Positions 24,725 to 35,340 of a stretch of DNA of 64,000 bases are shown one piece after another. Below the pieces are notes generated by a model. It was not told the origin of the DNA, made no database searches, and worked only from the letters and a program-made list of their open reading frames with translations. A program made the translations under genes and the position numbers. The stretch's first letter is position 1. The number at the start of each line of letters is the position of its first letter. Where the stretch lies: positions 102,548,001 through 102,612,000 of the forward strand of contig NC_091476.1 of the NCBI RefSeq assembly GCF_036971445.1. Reading direction: 5' to 3'. Origin of the DNA: Narcine bancroftii (taxonomy: Eukaryota).

Positions 24725-25898
24725 ATATAATTCAATGTTAATTGTTTTATTTGCAAATGTGAAAATACATTTTAAATGATACATAGCAAAGTCATCAACA
24801 ATTAAATACAAATCTATACATCTTTAAAAGCAATTTAAAATATGTTCAAGTTTGCTTTAATGTATAACATTTGAATATTTACAGATTGCTAACAGATACT
24901 CAATTGTTTACTCTGATCTTCCCCCAATCTGAATATTAACTTTAAAGGGGAATTAAACAGAGAACTTGAATCCCTTTAAAACAGAGAACATTCTGAGACT
25001 TTGTTAACCACTCTTGAATATTGTCTCAGAGTGGCTCCGGACCTCAGGAACAGAATCCTGGTTTATTTTGGGATCATGGTGGTCAAGCACAGCCGAAGAG
25101 CAATGTAAAGAGCCAGTGGGTATCCAACAGCCTCAAAAACACAGCAAGCAACTGCTTCTTAGAAGTCAATAAAATGAATAAAGGAATTGAAATTGATGAA
25201 TCAGATAAAGGAAGGGAAGCTGCCCTGTGTAGGCTTTTCATCGAAGAAGAATTTCCATATCTGGAGAACAACCAAAAATTCATTTTTGAAACGTCTGGCA
25301 AATTTGGCATTTATTGTCCATCTCTGGACATCTAGCAAGGGTGGTGATATTCTTCTGGGAACAGTGCTGTCGCTGATGCAACCTTGAATCCATAAGAGTT
25401 GCTAAATCAGAGGACAGTTAAGAACCAATCACACGGAGGTAGAATCACATGTTTCCTGTTCTAAAGGATATTAATAATGGAGCCAAAGTTTTCCAAAAAT
25501 CCAGCACGTTGAGAATTACCTTTATCAAACCCAAATTAGATTTCATTTCCAATTCTCAAACTGCTTTGGTAGATTTGAATTCCAATTCTTTGTATTAATA
25601 TTCCAGTGGATGTAACTATAGCATTCCTAGACCATGGATTATTCTTCAATTAACTGTTCAGATTTATCGATGTTTCTGCCATGTTATAGGCAACTCCAGC
25701 TGAGACAGACCCAGTGTTGGAACTAGATTCCAAGACATCACCCTATTAATACAAACTCTTTAGCATCAAGCACGATGTGCTGAAAAGCAGGATGGATATA
25801 ATCTGAAATGTTTCCTCTGTAGAAAGCGAGGGACGTGAGGTTTGTTTTAAAATCTTGCTTCTTCTCTTGTTAAAATCAAACTTTGTTCTGAAATCAAC
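24725..25898 (-). other. MPZL2: Probable 3'UTR-only terminal exon of MPZL2
   Basis: Strong acceptor tttttttttgccttttccag| at 25899/25898 and AATAAA at 24751-24746 (-). A donor follows the stop in exon 5. As recalled, human MPZL2 also ends in a non-coding exon. Confidence 0.5.
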
Positions 25899-26569
25899 CT
25901 GGAAAAGGCAAAAAAAAACTATTTTACAAGACGCAGGTGGTTGCTGTTTCATTTTAGCACCATCAAATTAATTTTGCTCTTTGTCAGATACATGGGTTCA
26001 TCACCCAGTTTCTAACAATGATATGCCAGTCAAAATGATGCGCAACCTAACAGCAACATGGGAGTGTTTTCAATGACTATTGGTCTTGTCAGTGAAGCTC
26101 TCGGAATGTTTGGAATTGCAGATCCATTGAGAATTGCTTTCTTTTCTAAAGAGCACAAAGTTGCCTGCCCTTGAGTTTCAAAGGTTAAAACTCAATGAAA
26201 AGTTGTTAATCAGGGTTAGAAAAAGAACAGAATTGCACTGTGATTGACTCCTCTCTTTTCTCCAACTGTCTGTCATCCATCCATCCAATGGTTTCTTGTC
26301 TTTTCCACCCACAGCAGGTCACTAGTACAAACACTGGAATTCTCATACCAGCTAGATGGCAGATCTAGAAAGAAGTGGGATCGAGTGAGGCGCTAATGGG
26401 GAAAAACACCAAAGGCATATTCAAATGCAGTAGAGGTACGGATGAACATGGGAAGGGGAGGGAACACCAGGTCAAGGATACTCTCTTGATCATTAAGATC
26501 ATTCTGTACAAATGCCAGCACTTAGGCTGCATGTTGGAGGGAGTGGGGCAGTACAGGAAGCAAACAAAG

Positions 26570-27045
26570 TCTTACATTTCTACAGTGTCTTTCATCAATG
26601 CTTTACATCAAATACAGTACTTTCAGGTGTAGCCACTGTTGCAGTGTAAGGAATGCAGCAAATCATCAGATAGCGTGTTTTATTGATGTTAGTTAGAGGG
26701 AAAAAATATTGGCCCCTCATCTGAATTGGGAACGCATTCAAAATCAAAATTATAGGATCATATTCACCAGCATGAAAGGTCCAATGGGGTCCCAATTTAA
26801 CATCCACCTCCCAGCTATTCTGAAGACACTAATGTACCTCATTAAAGTTAAAAGATAGAAATGCTGGAGGAACTCAGCTGGTCTCACAGCCTCCTATGGA
26901 CCCTGCGAGACTGGTTGAGTTCCTCCAACATTTCTGTGTTTTGACTACGATCACAGCATCTGCAGACTTTCATATTTCATTCGTACCTCATTAAAGGCCT
27001 CTGTGACTTGAACCCATGATCTTTTGACTGCTACCAAATGAGACC
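26570..27045 (-). mobile_element. Deu-domain SINE interrupted by a 135-bp hairpin insert
   Basis: tRNA-like head (reverse complement of gacttgaacccatgatc) at ~27005-27045; Deu body and tail at 26570-26830; insert flanked by a 14-bp direct repeat. Confidence 0.55.
26848..26982. mobile_element. PLE-terminus-derived hairpin mini-element with 14-bp target-site duplication
   Basis: gtacctcattaaag at 26834-26847 and 26983-26996. The insert folds back: gaaatgctggaggaactcagctggtctcacag / ctgcgagactggttgagttcctccaacatttc. Confidence 0.75.
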
Positions 27046-27147
27046 TGGTTCAAGGGGAGCTGTTGGGAAGATCATGCTGAGTCCTGGGATTATAGATTTC
27101 ATTTATAAGTAACAACTGCTGAGTCAGGTACCTTACTGCTTCAGTCT

Positions 27148-27220
27148 TCAGGAAACCCTTGCTGACTCGACTTCTTCTGTCAGACTCAGCACCTCACCAT
27201 TTAATTTCTCCATTTCCATA
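27148..27220 (-). CDS. MPZL2: MPZL2 coding exon 5 (C-terminus and stop)
   Basis: Acceptor ctgtattcttttaacag|; phase 2 fits exon 4; encodes (G)MEMEKLNGEVLSLTEEVESARVS*; donor-like AAG|gtacct shortly after the stop. Confidence 0.7.
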
Positions 27221-27319
27221 CTGTTAAAAGAATACAGAGGTAATGTAAGGGAGGAGCAGCCAAACAGGACTAGCCTTAGTAACTGGTATTCCAGACTTTG
27301 GATGCAGGGCTCATTGAGG

Positions 27320-27710
27320 TCAAGAACATGAGAAGGTAGGAGCAGGGTCAGGCCACCTGGTCCCTGAAGCCTGCCCTGACCTTCACTGTGATCAATATAT
27401 TTGCCTCAAGCCTCAGCTCCACATCACCCTCAGATCAATGGATATGTCTACAGCCATTTGAATGTGCTCTTTGGGATGGAGAATTCCGGAGATTCACTAC
27501 CTTCCCAGGGAAGAGATTTCAGTGCAACTTGCTTTTAAATGCCCTGCCTTTCTTGAAACTATGTCCCCTCATTTGAGACTCTCCCACTAGTGAAAGCATT
27601 TACCCTGTCATCATCCCCTCTCCCACCCCCTTGAGGATCGTATATATTTCAATAAGGTTATCCCTCAGTTTTCTAAACTCCAAAGAATACAAATCCAAAT
27701 CTGGCTAAGT
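27320..27710 (-). mobile_element. CR1 LINE 3' fragment
   Basis: Reverse complement resembles CR1 3' ends (gaaggtaggagcagggtcaggccacctgg...gaattccggagattcactacc...ttctaaactccaaagaatac). Confidence 0.6.
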
Positions 27711-28276
27711 TGCTTACGTGAAGGTGAATGTGGGACACATGAGGTCTGTTAAGGGATTCACGGCAGTGTTGAGTCATGATGCTTTTTTCAAATCTTTATG
27801 TTGGTGATTCTTTGATTCTTGCTTATTGGTTTGTCTTGTTTTAATGTTGTAAAGAATGGGGCCTTGGTATTCTTGTTCCCTCATGGATTAATACAACTCA
27901 AATGAGGTTTTAGCAGCTAAAGAAATTTGGGAATTATTGAGGAGCAGGAAGAATAAGAATGCAGTGAGGAAGGGTAGCTTGGCCAATTGTGGGAGGAGGG
28001 TAAAGGGTAGAAGTGGCAGGAGTGAGGGGAGGGAAGGGGAGAGAAAGTGAGAGCTTTTCTTGCATTCATGTTCTTTTATAAGTGGCAGATTAGCTGCTAT
28101 GCACTTCAGGAGTCAGGGGCGCAGATAGACGAAAATGGTAGCTCAAGATCCAAAACCAAGAGAGGCTGCTGGATCAGTGCAGTGGCTGGTGAAAACAAGG
28201 AGGCTTACCTGAGGACTCTGGGCCAGAAGGACCAGATGTCATCCTCTACAAAGAGGGGCAGAGCACAGTACCTTAC

Positions 28277-28463
28277 CCATCTTTGCTGTCGTATTCTTGT
28301 TCCTCCTTCCGAGGCTCCTCCTCCTCCTCCATCTCTCCTGCATCTAGGGCTTCCCTTCGCTTCCGACAAAGCTGGACTGTAACCATAATAATTATGATCA
28401 TGACCACCAGTCCTGTGGCTCCCCCAATCACAATCCCCAAGATCAGCATCTCCGAGTAGGTGA
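28277..28463 (-). CDS. MPZL2: MPZL2 coding exon 4 (transmembrane helix and acidic juxtamembrane tail)
   Basis: Acceptor ttcctctctcttgcag| and donor GG|gtaagg; 187 nt. Encodes VTYSEMLILGIVIGGATGLVVMIIIIMVTVQLCRKRREALDAGEMEEEEEPRKEEQEYDSKD(G), compare human [24 protein letters not shown]. Confidence 0.88.
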
Positions 28464-30361
28464 CTGCAAGAGAGAGGAAGCAGGGTCAGAGGATGTCAAC
28501 AATTTTGAGACAATTCTTCAAATTGATACAGCTCACCAGGACACCAGGGCTCTGCTTTCTGATCAGATCACCATCTAGAGAGTGGTTTGATCAGTCAAAC
28601 TGCAGCTCACTGCAAACTGGCCAAACCATAGGTACAGAAAACTTCTGATAATTCATTGTCCAACAGATCTTGATCATTTGACATTTGGCTCAACACACCC
28701 TTCCAATTCATGGGGGCTCCAGTTCCTAAGCCCCCCTTCAAACTGACCGTCCCTTTTAGTGGGTTCATTGAGTAATTTATTGTTACATCTAAAACAAAAT
28801 GAATTGAAATGTACTGGAGCATTAACAGGAATATCATCCAATCGTGTGGAAAATGTGCCAGTGGATCTCTTCCAGAATCATGATCACATGGGTTCCAAGC
28901 TTAATTGTATTGTGCTGTAGGCCAAGTAAGATCCATCATGATGCCGAATGGTTAAGATGTCCAGATAGTCAGATCATGGATTGTCAGAGTTTTACCATTG
29001 GAATGTGGGCCTCATTGTATACAGTGTCCTGGCACTATATTTATCATTCAGGCAGAGGGTTCTCACTCTCTTAAACCAGATGGTGTTCAAGTGGAGGACT
29101 GAAGACTGAGGAAGCAAGTGGTTCATCTGGCCACTGGTGTGAATTAGGGAGTTAAATAAGAAAGTCTGCACATCCCTGGTGGTGAAGTGCTGGAGAGATG
29201 AAGGGCTCAGGCCTGAAATGTTGGTTATTCCTTACTTCCTATGGACATTGTGTGACCTGCTGTGTTTCTCTACCATATCATTTGGGGTATTTCCACATTT
29301 ATGTGGAATAAGCGTATGCTAGTGACTTTGTAGCTCCCTCCAACATGAGCCAACATGTGATGATCACCAACTCATACACCCTAAATTTCGATGTTAAGGA
29401 AACAGGCTAAGGAAAACTTCTACTTCAAACTTAGGGGGAAAAAAAAGACCTCTTCACAGAGGGACACAAACTGATTCTCCTGGACTTCTTCTGGATGGAA
29501 AAAGACCCATCGGTCTTGCAAGGTGTGATTGATTAAAGAAAATAACAGGGAAGACTAAATCTCAATAAAGAGCATAAGCACTGATTGACCATTTCTAGCT
29601 ATGGATACCACCTGACCCATCACGTTCCTCCAGCTTCTCTTTGATTGCTCACATCAGGAAGACCAACTTCAATGGGGCCCTTCTTCTGACAAAATGTCTT
29701 GTCAAGGCTAACACACTTTTACCTCAGACAGCACAAAACATGATGATGATGAAACAAAGCAGCCACAACCGTTAAATGATATTATCATCTGAGCGAGTGA
29801 CAGCAAGGATATTCGTGTCACCTGTGATGTGACCAGTACCAATGACCACTGAACTAATCACTACGTAATCCGCTAAGTTATTGCCTTCATTTTGGAGTTA
29901 AAGCAAGAAAAAAAAAACTTTGAAGCCTTCAAGGGCCCTCACAGAGAACCTGATGAATCCCAGCGTATAGGAGCAACAAAGTGTCCACAGCGACTGTACT
30001 GCCCTGAAGTCCAGTACAATTAGCATTTTTTACTTCTCTCCCCAAAAGAAGCAAGTCTAGTTTGATGAGAATAACCCGATCGGCTCAGATATAATTAAGA
30101 GCAAGGTGTTTACAGAATGCAAGTAGTTCCATGGGACGAAACAAAAAACAGCCCTCTAGGCTGATGTCAGCAAAAAAAAAATGAGAGGGAGTTTCTGTTT
30201 CCAGTGAATTCCCTTCCCTCCTCTATGTCCTCAATAGCTATTTATTGATTCACTTCTTTCACCTCATGTTTCTACAAGGAAGAACAGCAACAGTCCAAGA
30301 TTTGAAATGAGCAGCTGAAAGGATTCTCAGGGTTGTCTGTGACGTCAACTTTAATGCAAAC

Positions 30362-30572
30362 CTTTATGCACCACAGCAAGTTTGATTTCACCAACGACCA
30401 GGTCCACATCGGGGGGATTCAGAACCGTGCACAGGAAGGTTCCATTGTCCGTAAAACGGAAGTTAGTGATGGTAATTGAAGCATCTTTGCTCCAAATGTT
30501 CCCAGACCACACCACCCGGTCTTTAAATCGTCCTCCTGCAGCTGGATACGGTTGCTCTTGATAATATAGGAC
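30362..30572 (-). CDS. MPZL2: MPZL2 coding exon 3 (C-terminal half of IgV domain)
   Basis: Acceptor ttctctctgcag| and donor AAAG|gtttgc; 211 nt. Encodes VLYYQEQPYPAAGGRFKDRVVWSGNIWSKDASITITNFRFTDNGTFLCTVLNPPDVDLVVGEIKLAVVHK, compare human GRFKDRVSWDGN...[28 protein letters not shown]. Confidence 0.95.
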
Positions 30573-30780
30573 CTGCAGAGAGAAGGTAAAGGTGATGGAT
30601 TCTGTGTGGGCATGGTCCCCACCAGCACAGAGAAGTGGGAGCTTCGCTTTGTACCCAATCAATGGTATTCCAGCAGAGTTTGATGTGATAACATAAAGGA
30701 TTTTTTAAAATATAACCAGCGCACTGGAATCGTGCTGACGGATCTTGACCTTATACCTAACCACTCCTTGTCAGGTACTT

Positions 30781-31511
30781 TTTTAAAATTTTTTTTATTT
30801 TTCACACTATAAAACCATATTAACCAAGATACATACAGACATTTTTCTTCTTAAATATATACAGTGTCGTTTTCTCCTCCTTTTTCCCCCCTCCCTTCCC
30901 TTCCCCCCTCACTCCCTTTCCCATTTATTTAAAGTTCAATCTATAAGATACATTAAACCCGTTAAACAATGTTGTCACTTAATAAAAATAAACAAGAAAT
31001 TTTACTGAGTCAGTATCTTCTCCTTCTGTCATTTTAGGTGGTGGAAGTCCACGGTAGGATTTCTCTATTGTGTTTCATGTATGGCTCCCATATTTGTTCG
31101 AATATTGTAATGTTATTTCTTAAATTAGATGTTATTTTTTCTAATGGAATACATTTATTCATTTCTATATACCATTGTTGTATTCTCAAGTTGTCTTCTA
31201 ATTTCCAGGTTGACATAATACATTTTTTTGCTACAGCTAAGGCTATCATAACAAATCTTTTTTGTGCTCCATCCAAATCGAGTCCAAAATCTTTGTTTCT
31301 TATATTACTTAGGAGGAAGATCTCTGGGTTTTTTGGTATATTGCTTTTTGTGATTTTATTTAATATCTGATTTAGATCTTCCCAAAATTTTTCCACTTTC
31401 TCACATGTCCAAATTTCATGAATTGTTGTTCCCGTTTCCTTTTTACAGCAAAAACATCTGTCTGATACTGTTGGGTCCCATTTATTTAACTTTTGATGAA
31501 TAGCCTGCATA
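30781..31511 (-). mobile_element. 5'-truncated L1 copy (same family as 15570-21508) with perfect 16-bp TSD
   Basis: tccttgtcaggtactt at 30765-30780 and 31512-31527. ORF 31034-31546 is nearly identical to the ORF2 C-terminus at 15812-16213. Confidence 0.95.
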
Positions 31512-32339
31512 TCCTTGTCAGGTACTTGAGGGAGAGATGACTGCACAGGCCTTCATGCTGTCATTCCATCAGGATGATGACTACCTGGATTAAGAGACCA
31601 TCAAAACATGAGAAAGTGTAATTGCAAAACACCTGACACTCCTTTCTCCACAACTCTTTCAACTTTTCCTTCTTTTTCTCTCTCCCTTCACAAAGCCCCC
31701 ATTGGCACATTGTGCCTACACTCTGTTTTCTAAAGTAATGCAAATAATCCTGTTCGCCACCCCCCCCCCCCCAATAAATATGTAACAACGCCTCTCTTAC
31801 ATTAGTCATGTTGTTCCTCTTTGGAAGATGCTATTGCTTCTGCCTCTATGACCCTAACTGCTTGTCCATTTCCAATCATAACTCACTACGTTAAAAATTC
31901 TCTTAATCTCCTGAGCTGGGTATTTGGCAGTGAGTGACTCACCTCCCGATTCCCCAGGGCCCTTGCACCATCTACAAGGCATTAGACAGAAGTACACAGA
32001 ACATTACAGCACAGCACAGACCCTTTGGTCCATGATGTGGCCACAACTGATATAAACAATCCAAACGAGGGGCGGACAACCTTTTACCATGCATGGGCTG
32101 GATGGTGTGTCAGTGGTTGAACAGTGGGCTGCCGTGATGCTACCATAAATGAAATAAATAAATAAATTGAATGAAAAAATAAAGGAATGAATAAATAAAT
32201 GAAAAGATAAATAAAGAAGTGAAATGAAATGAATACAATTATGCATTTCAGGTCAGGAAAGGCATCTTCAAATCTGGAAATGCACCACAAATCATGAGTT
32301 TATGGCAGCACAAAACTAGGCAGGCGAACCGGCCCCTCT

Positions 32340-32589
32340 TGTAATCCATGCAGCCGGCCAAAATGGTGCCGTCAGGGGTTACCCCTTCTTCTCAGCACAG
32401 GGTTCAGAAGCCCATGCTGGGGGACCACGTGACGCCTGGATGATGTCAGCAACCCCCAGCATGGTTCTCAGCCGGGTCCGGCCTGGGAGTATAAGTCCAG
32501 CCCAGCAGCCTGTAATAAATCAGTTCTGCTCACTGAGCTAAAACCGTCTGGTTGTGTGTTCTTTCAGTAGCAGTGTAGCTGCAGCTACA
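32340..32589 (+). repeat. Solo-LTR-like sequence (250 bp)
   Basis: TGTA...TACA termini with internal TATAA (gagtataagt) and AATAAA; no TSD seen. Confidence 0.55.
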
Positions 32590-32839
32590 AGTTAGTCATT
32601 AAAATTACACAACAATAAAAAAAATCAATAAGGAGAAAAATGAGTCACAATTAAAACAAAATAACTAACCACAAAACAGAGAGCAGTGAGAGGGGAAGAA
32701 TGTCGCGATAGAGAGGGGGAAATGTCACACAAAGAGAGGGAGATTTCACGCAGAGAGAGGGGTACGTCACAGAGAGAGGGTGAGTCACACACAGAGAGGG
32801 ATTTATGCACAGATAGGGGAGAGCGCAGGGGGAGGGGAA

Positions 32840-35340
32840 GTCTGGCGCGTGGAGGATGGGGGGGGGGAGTCTGGCGCGCGGAAGACGGGGGGGGGAGTCC
32901 GGCGCGCGGAAGACGGGGGGGGAGAGTCCGGCGCGCGGAGGAGGGTGGGGGGAGAGTCCGGCGCGCGGAGGAGGGTGGGGGGAGAGTCCGGCGCGCGGAG
33001 GAGGGTGGGGGGAGAGTCCGGCGCGCGGAGGAGGGTGGGGGGAGAGTCCGGCGCGCGGAGGACGGGGGGAGAGTCCGGCGCGCGGAGGACGGGGGGATCC
33101 CCTGCGCGGAGGACTGGGGGGATCCCCTGCGCGGAGGACTGGGGGGATCCCCTGCGCGGAGGACTGGGGGGATCCCCTGCGCGGAGGACTGGGGGGATCC
33201 CCTGCGCGGAGGACTGGGGGGATCCCCTGCGCGGAGGACTGGGGGGATCCCCTGCGCGGAGGACTGGGGGGATCCCCTGCGCGGAGGACTGGGGGGATCC
33301 CCTGCGCGGAGGACTGGGGGGATCCCCTGCGCGGAGGACTGGGGGGATCCCCTGCGCGGAGGACTGGGGGGATCCCCTGCGCGGAGGACTGGGGGGATCC
33401 CCTGCGCGGAGGACTGGGGGGATCCCCTGCGCGGAGGACTGGGGGGGATCCCCTGGGCGGAGGACTGGGGGGGATCCCCTGGGCGGAGGACTGGGGGGGG
33501 ATCTCCTGGGCGGAGGACTGGGGGGATCCCCTGGGCGGAGGACTGGGGGGATCCCCTGCGCGGAGGACTGGGGGGATCCCCTGCGCGGAGGACTGGGGGG
33601 ATCCCCTGCGCGGAGGACTGGGGGGATCCCCTGCGCGGAGGACTGGGGGGATCCCCTGCGCGGAGGACTGGGGGGATCCCCTGCGCGGAGGACTGGGGGG
33701 ATCCCCTGCGCGGAGGACTGGGGGGATCCCCTGCGCGGAGGACTGGGGGGATCCCCTGCGCGGAGGACTGGGGGGGATCCCCTTGGCGGAGGACTGGGGG
33801 GGATCCCCTGGGCGGAGGACTGGGGGGATCCCCTGGGCGGAGGACTGGGGGGATCCCCTGGGCGGAGGACTGGGGGGGATCTCCTGGGCGGAGGACTGGG
33901 GGGTGGATCTCCAGTAAAGAAGACGGGGGGTGGATCTCCAGTAAAGAAGACGGGGGGTGGATCTCCAGTAAAGAAGACGGGGGGTGGATCTCCAGTAAAG
34001 AAGACGGGGGGTGGATCTCCAGTAAAGAAGACGGGGGGTGGATCTCCAGTAAAGAAGACGGGGGGTGGATCTCCAGTAAAGAAGACGGGGGGTGGATCTC
34101 CAGTAAAGAAGACGGGGGGTGGATCTCCAGTAAAGAAGACGGGGGGTGGATCTCCAGTAAAGAAGACGGGGGGTGGATCTCCAGTAAAGAAGACGGGGGG
34201 TGGATCTCCAGTAAAGAAGACGGGGGGTGGATCTCCAGTAAAGAAGACGGGGGGTGGATCTCCAGTAAAGAAGACGGGGGGTGGATCTCCAGTAAAGAAG
34301 ACGGGGGGTGGATCTCCAGTAAAGAAGACGGGGGGTGGATCTCCAGTAAAGAAGACGGGGGGTGGATCTCCAGTAAAGAAGACGGGGGTGGATCTCCAGT
34401 AAAGAAGACGGGGGGTGGATCTCCAGTAAAGAAGACGGGGGTGGATCTCCAGTAAAGAAGACGGGGGTGGATCTCCAGCGCAGAAGACGGGGGGATCTCC
34501 AGCGCAGAAGACGGGGGGATCTCCAGCGCAGAAGACGGGGGGATCTCCAGCGCAGAAGACGGGGGGATCTCCAGCGCAGAAGACGGGGGGATCTCCAGCG
34601 CAGAAGACGGGGGGATCTCCAGCGCAGAAGACGGGGGGATCTCCAGCGCAGAAGACGGGGGGATCTCCAGCGCAGAAGACGGGGGGATCTCCAGCGCAGA
34701 AGACGGGGGGATCTCCAGCGCAGAAGACGGGGGGATCTCCAGCGCAGAAGACGGGGGGATCTCCAGCGCAGAAGACGGGGGGATCTCCAGCGCAGAAGAC
34801 GGGGGGATCTCCAGCGCAGAAGACGGGGGGATCTCCAGCGCAGAAGACGGGGGGATCTCCAGCGCAGAAGACGGGGGGATCTCCAGCGCAGAAGACGGGG
34901 GGATCTCCAGCGCAGAAGACGGGGGGATCTCCAGCGCAGAAGACGGGGGGATCTCCAGCGCAGAAGACGGGGGGATCTCCAGCGCAGAAGACGGGGGGAT
35001 CTCCAGCGCAGAAGACGGGGGGATCTCCAGCGCAGAAGACGGGGGGATCTCCAGCGCAGAAGACGGGGGGATCTCCAGCGCAGAAGACGGGGGGATCTCC
35101 AGCGCAGAAGACGGGGGGATCTCCAGCGCAGAAGACGGGGGATCTCCAGCGCAGAAGACGGGGGATCTCCAGCGCAGAAGACGGGGGTATCTCCAGCGCA
35201 GAAGACGGGGGGATCTCCAGCGCAGAAGACGGGGGGATCTCCAGCGCAGAAGACGGGGGGGATCTCCAGCGCAGAAGACGGGGGGAATCTCCAGCGCAGA
35301 AGTCTGGGTGTGGAGTCTCCAGAACAGAGGGCGGGGGAGT
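32840..35340. repeat. Composite G-rich minisatellite in MPZL2 intron 2 with four successive unit types (30, 26, 27, 24 bp)
   Basis: ggagagtccggcgcgcggaggagggtgggg (~32920-33060); gatcccctgcgcggaggactgggggg (~33095-33900); tggatctccagtaaagaagacgggggg (~33904-34470); gatctccagcgcagaagacggggg(g) (~34470-35300). Confidence 0.97.

Noticed and set aside
33095-35300. CRISPR-like regular 24-30-bp repeats
   Set aside because: Units are head-to-tail with no unique spacers, there are no cas genes, and the context is a vertebrate intron.
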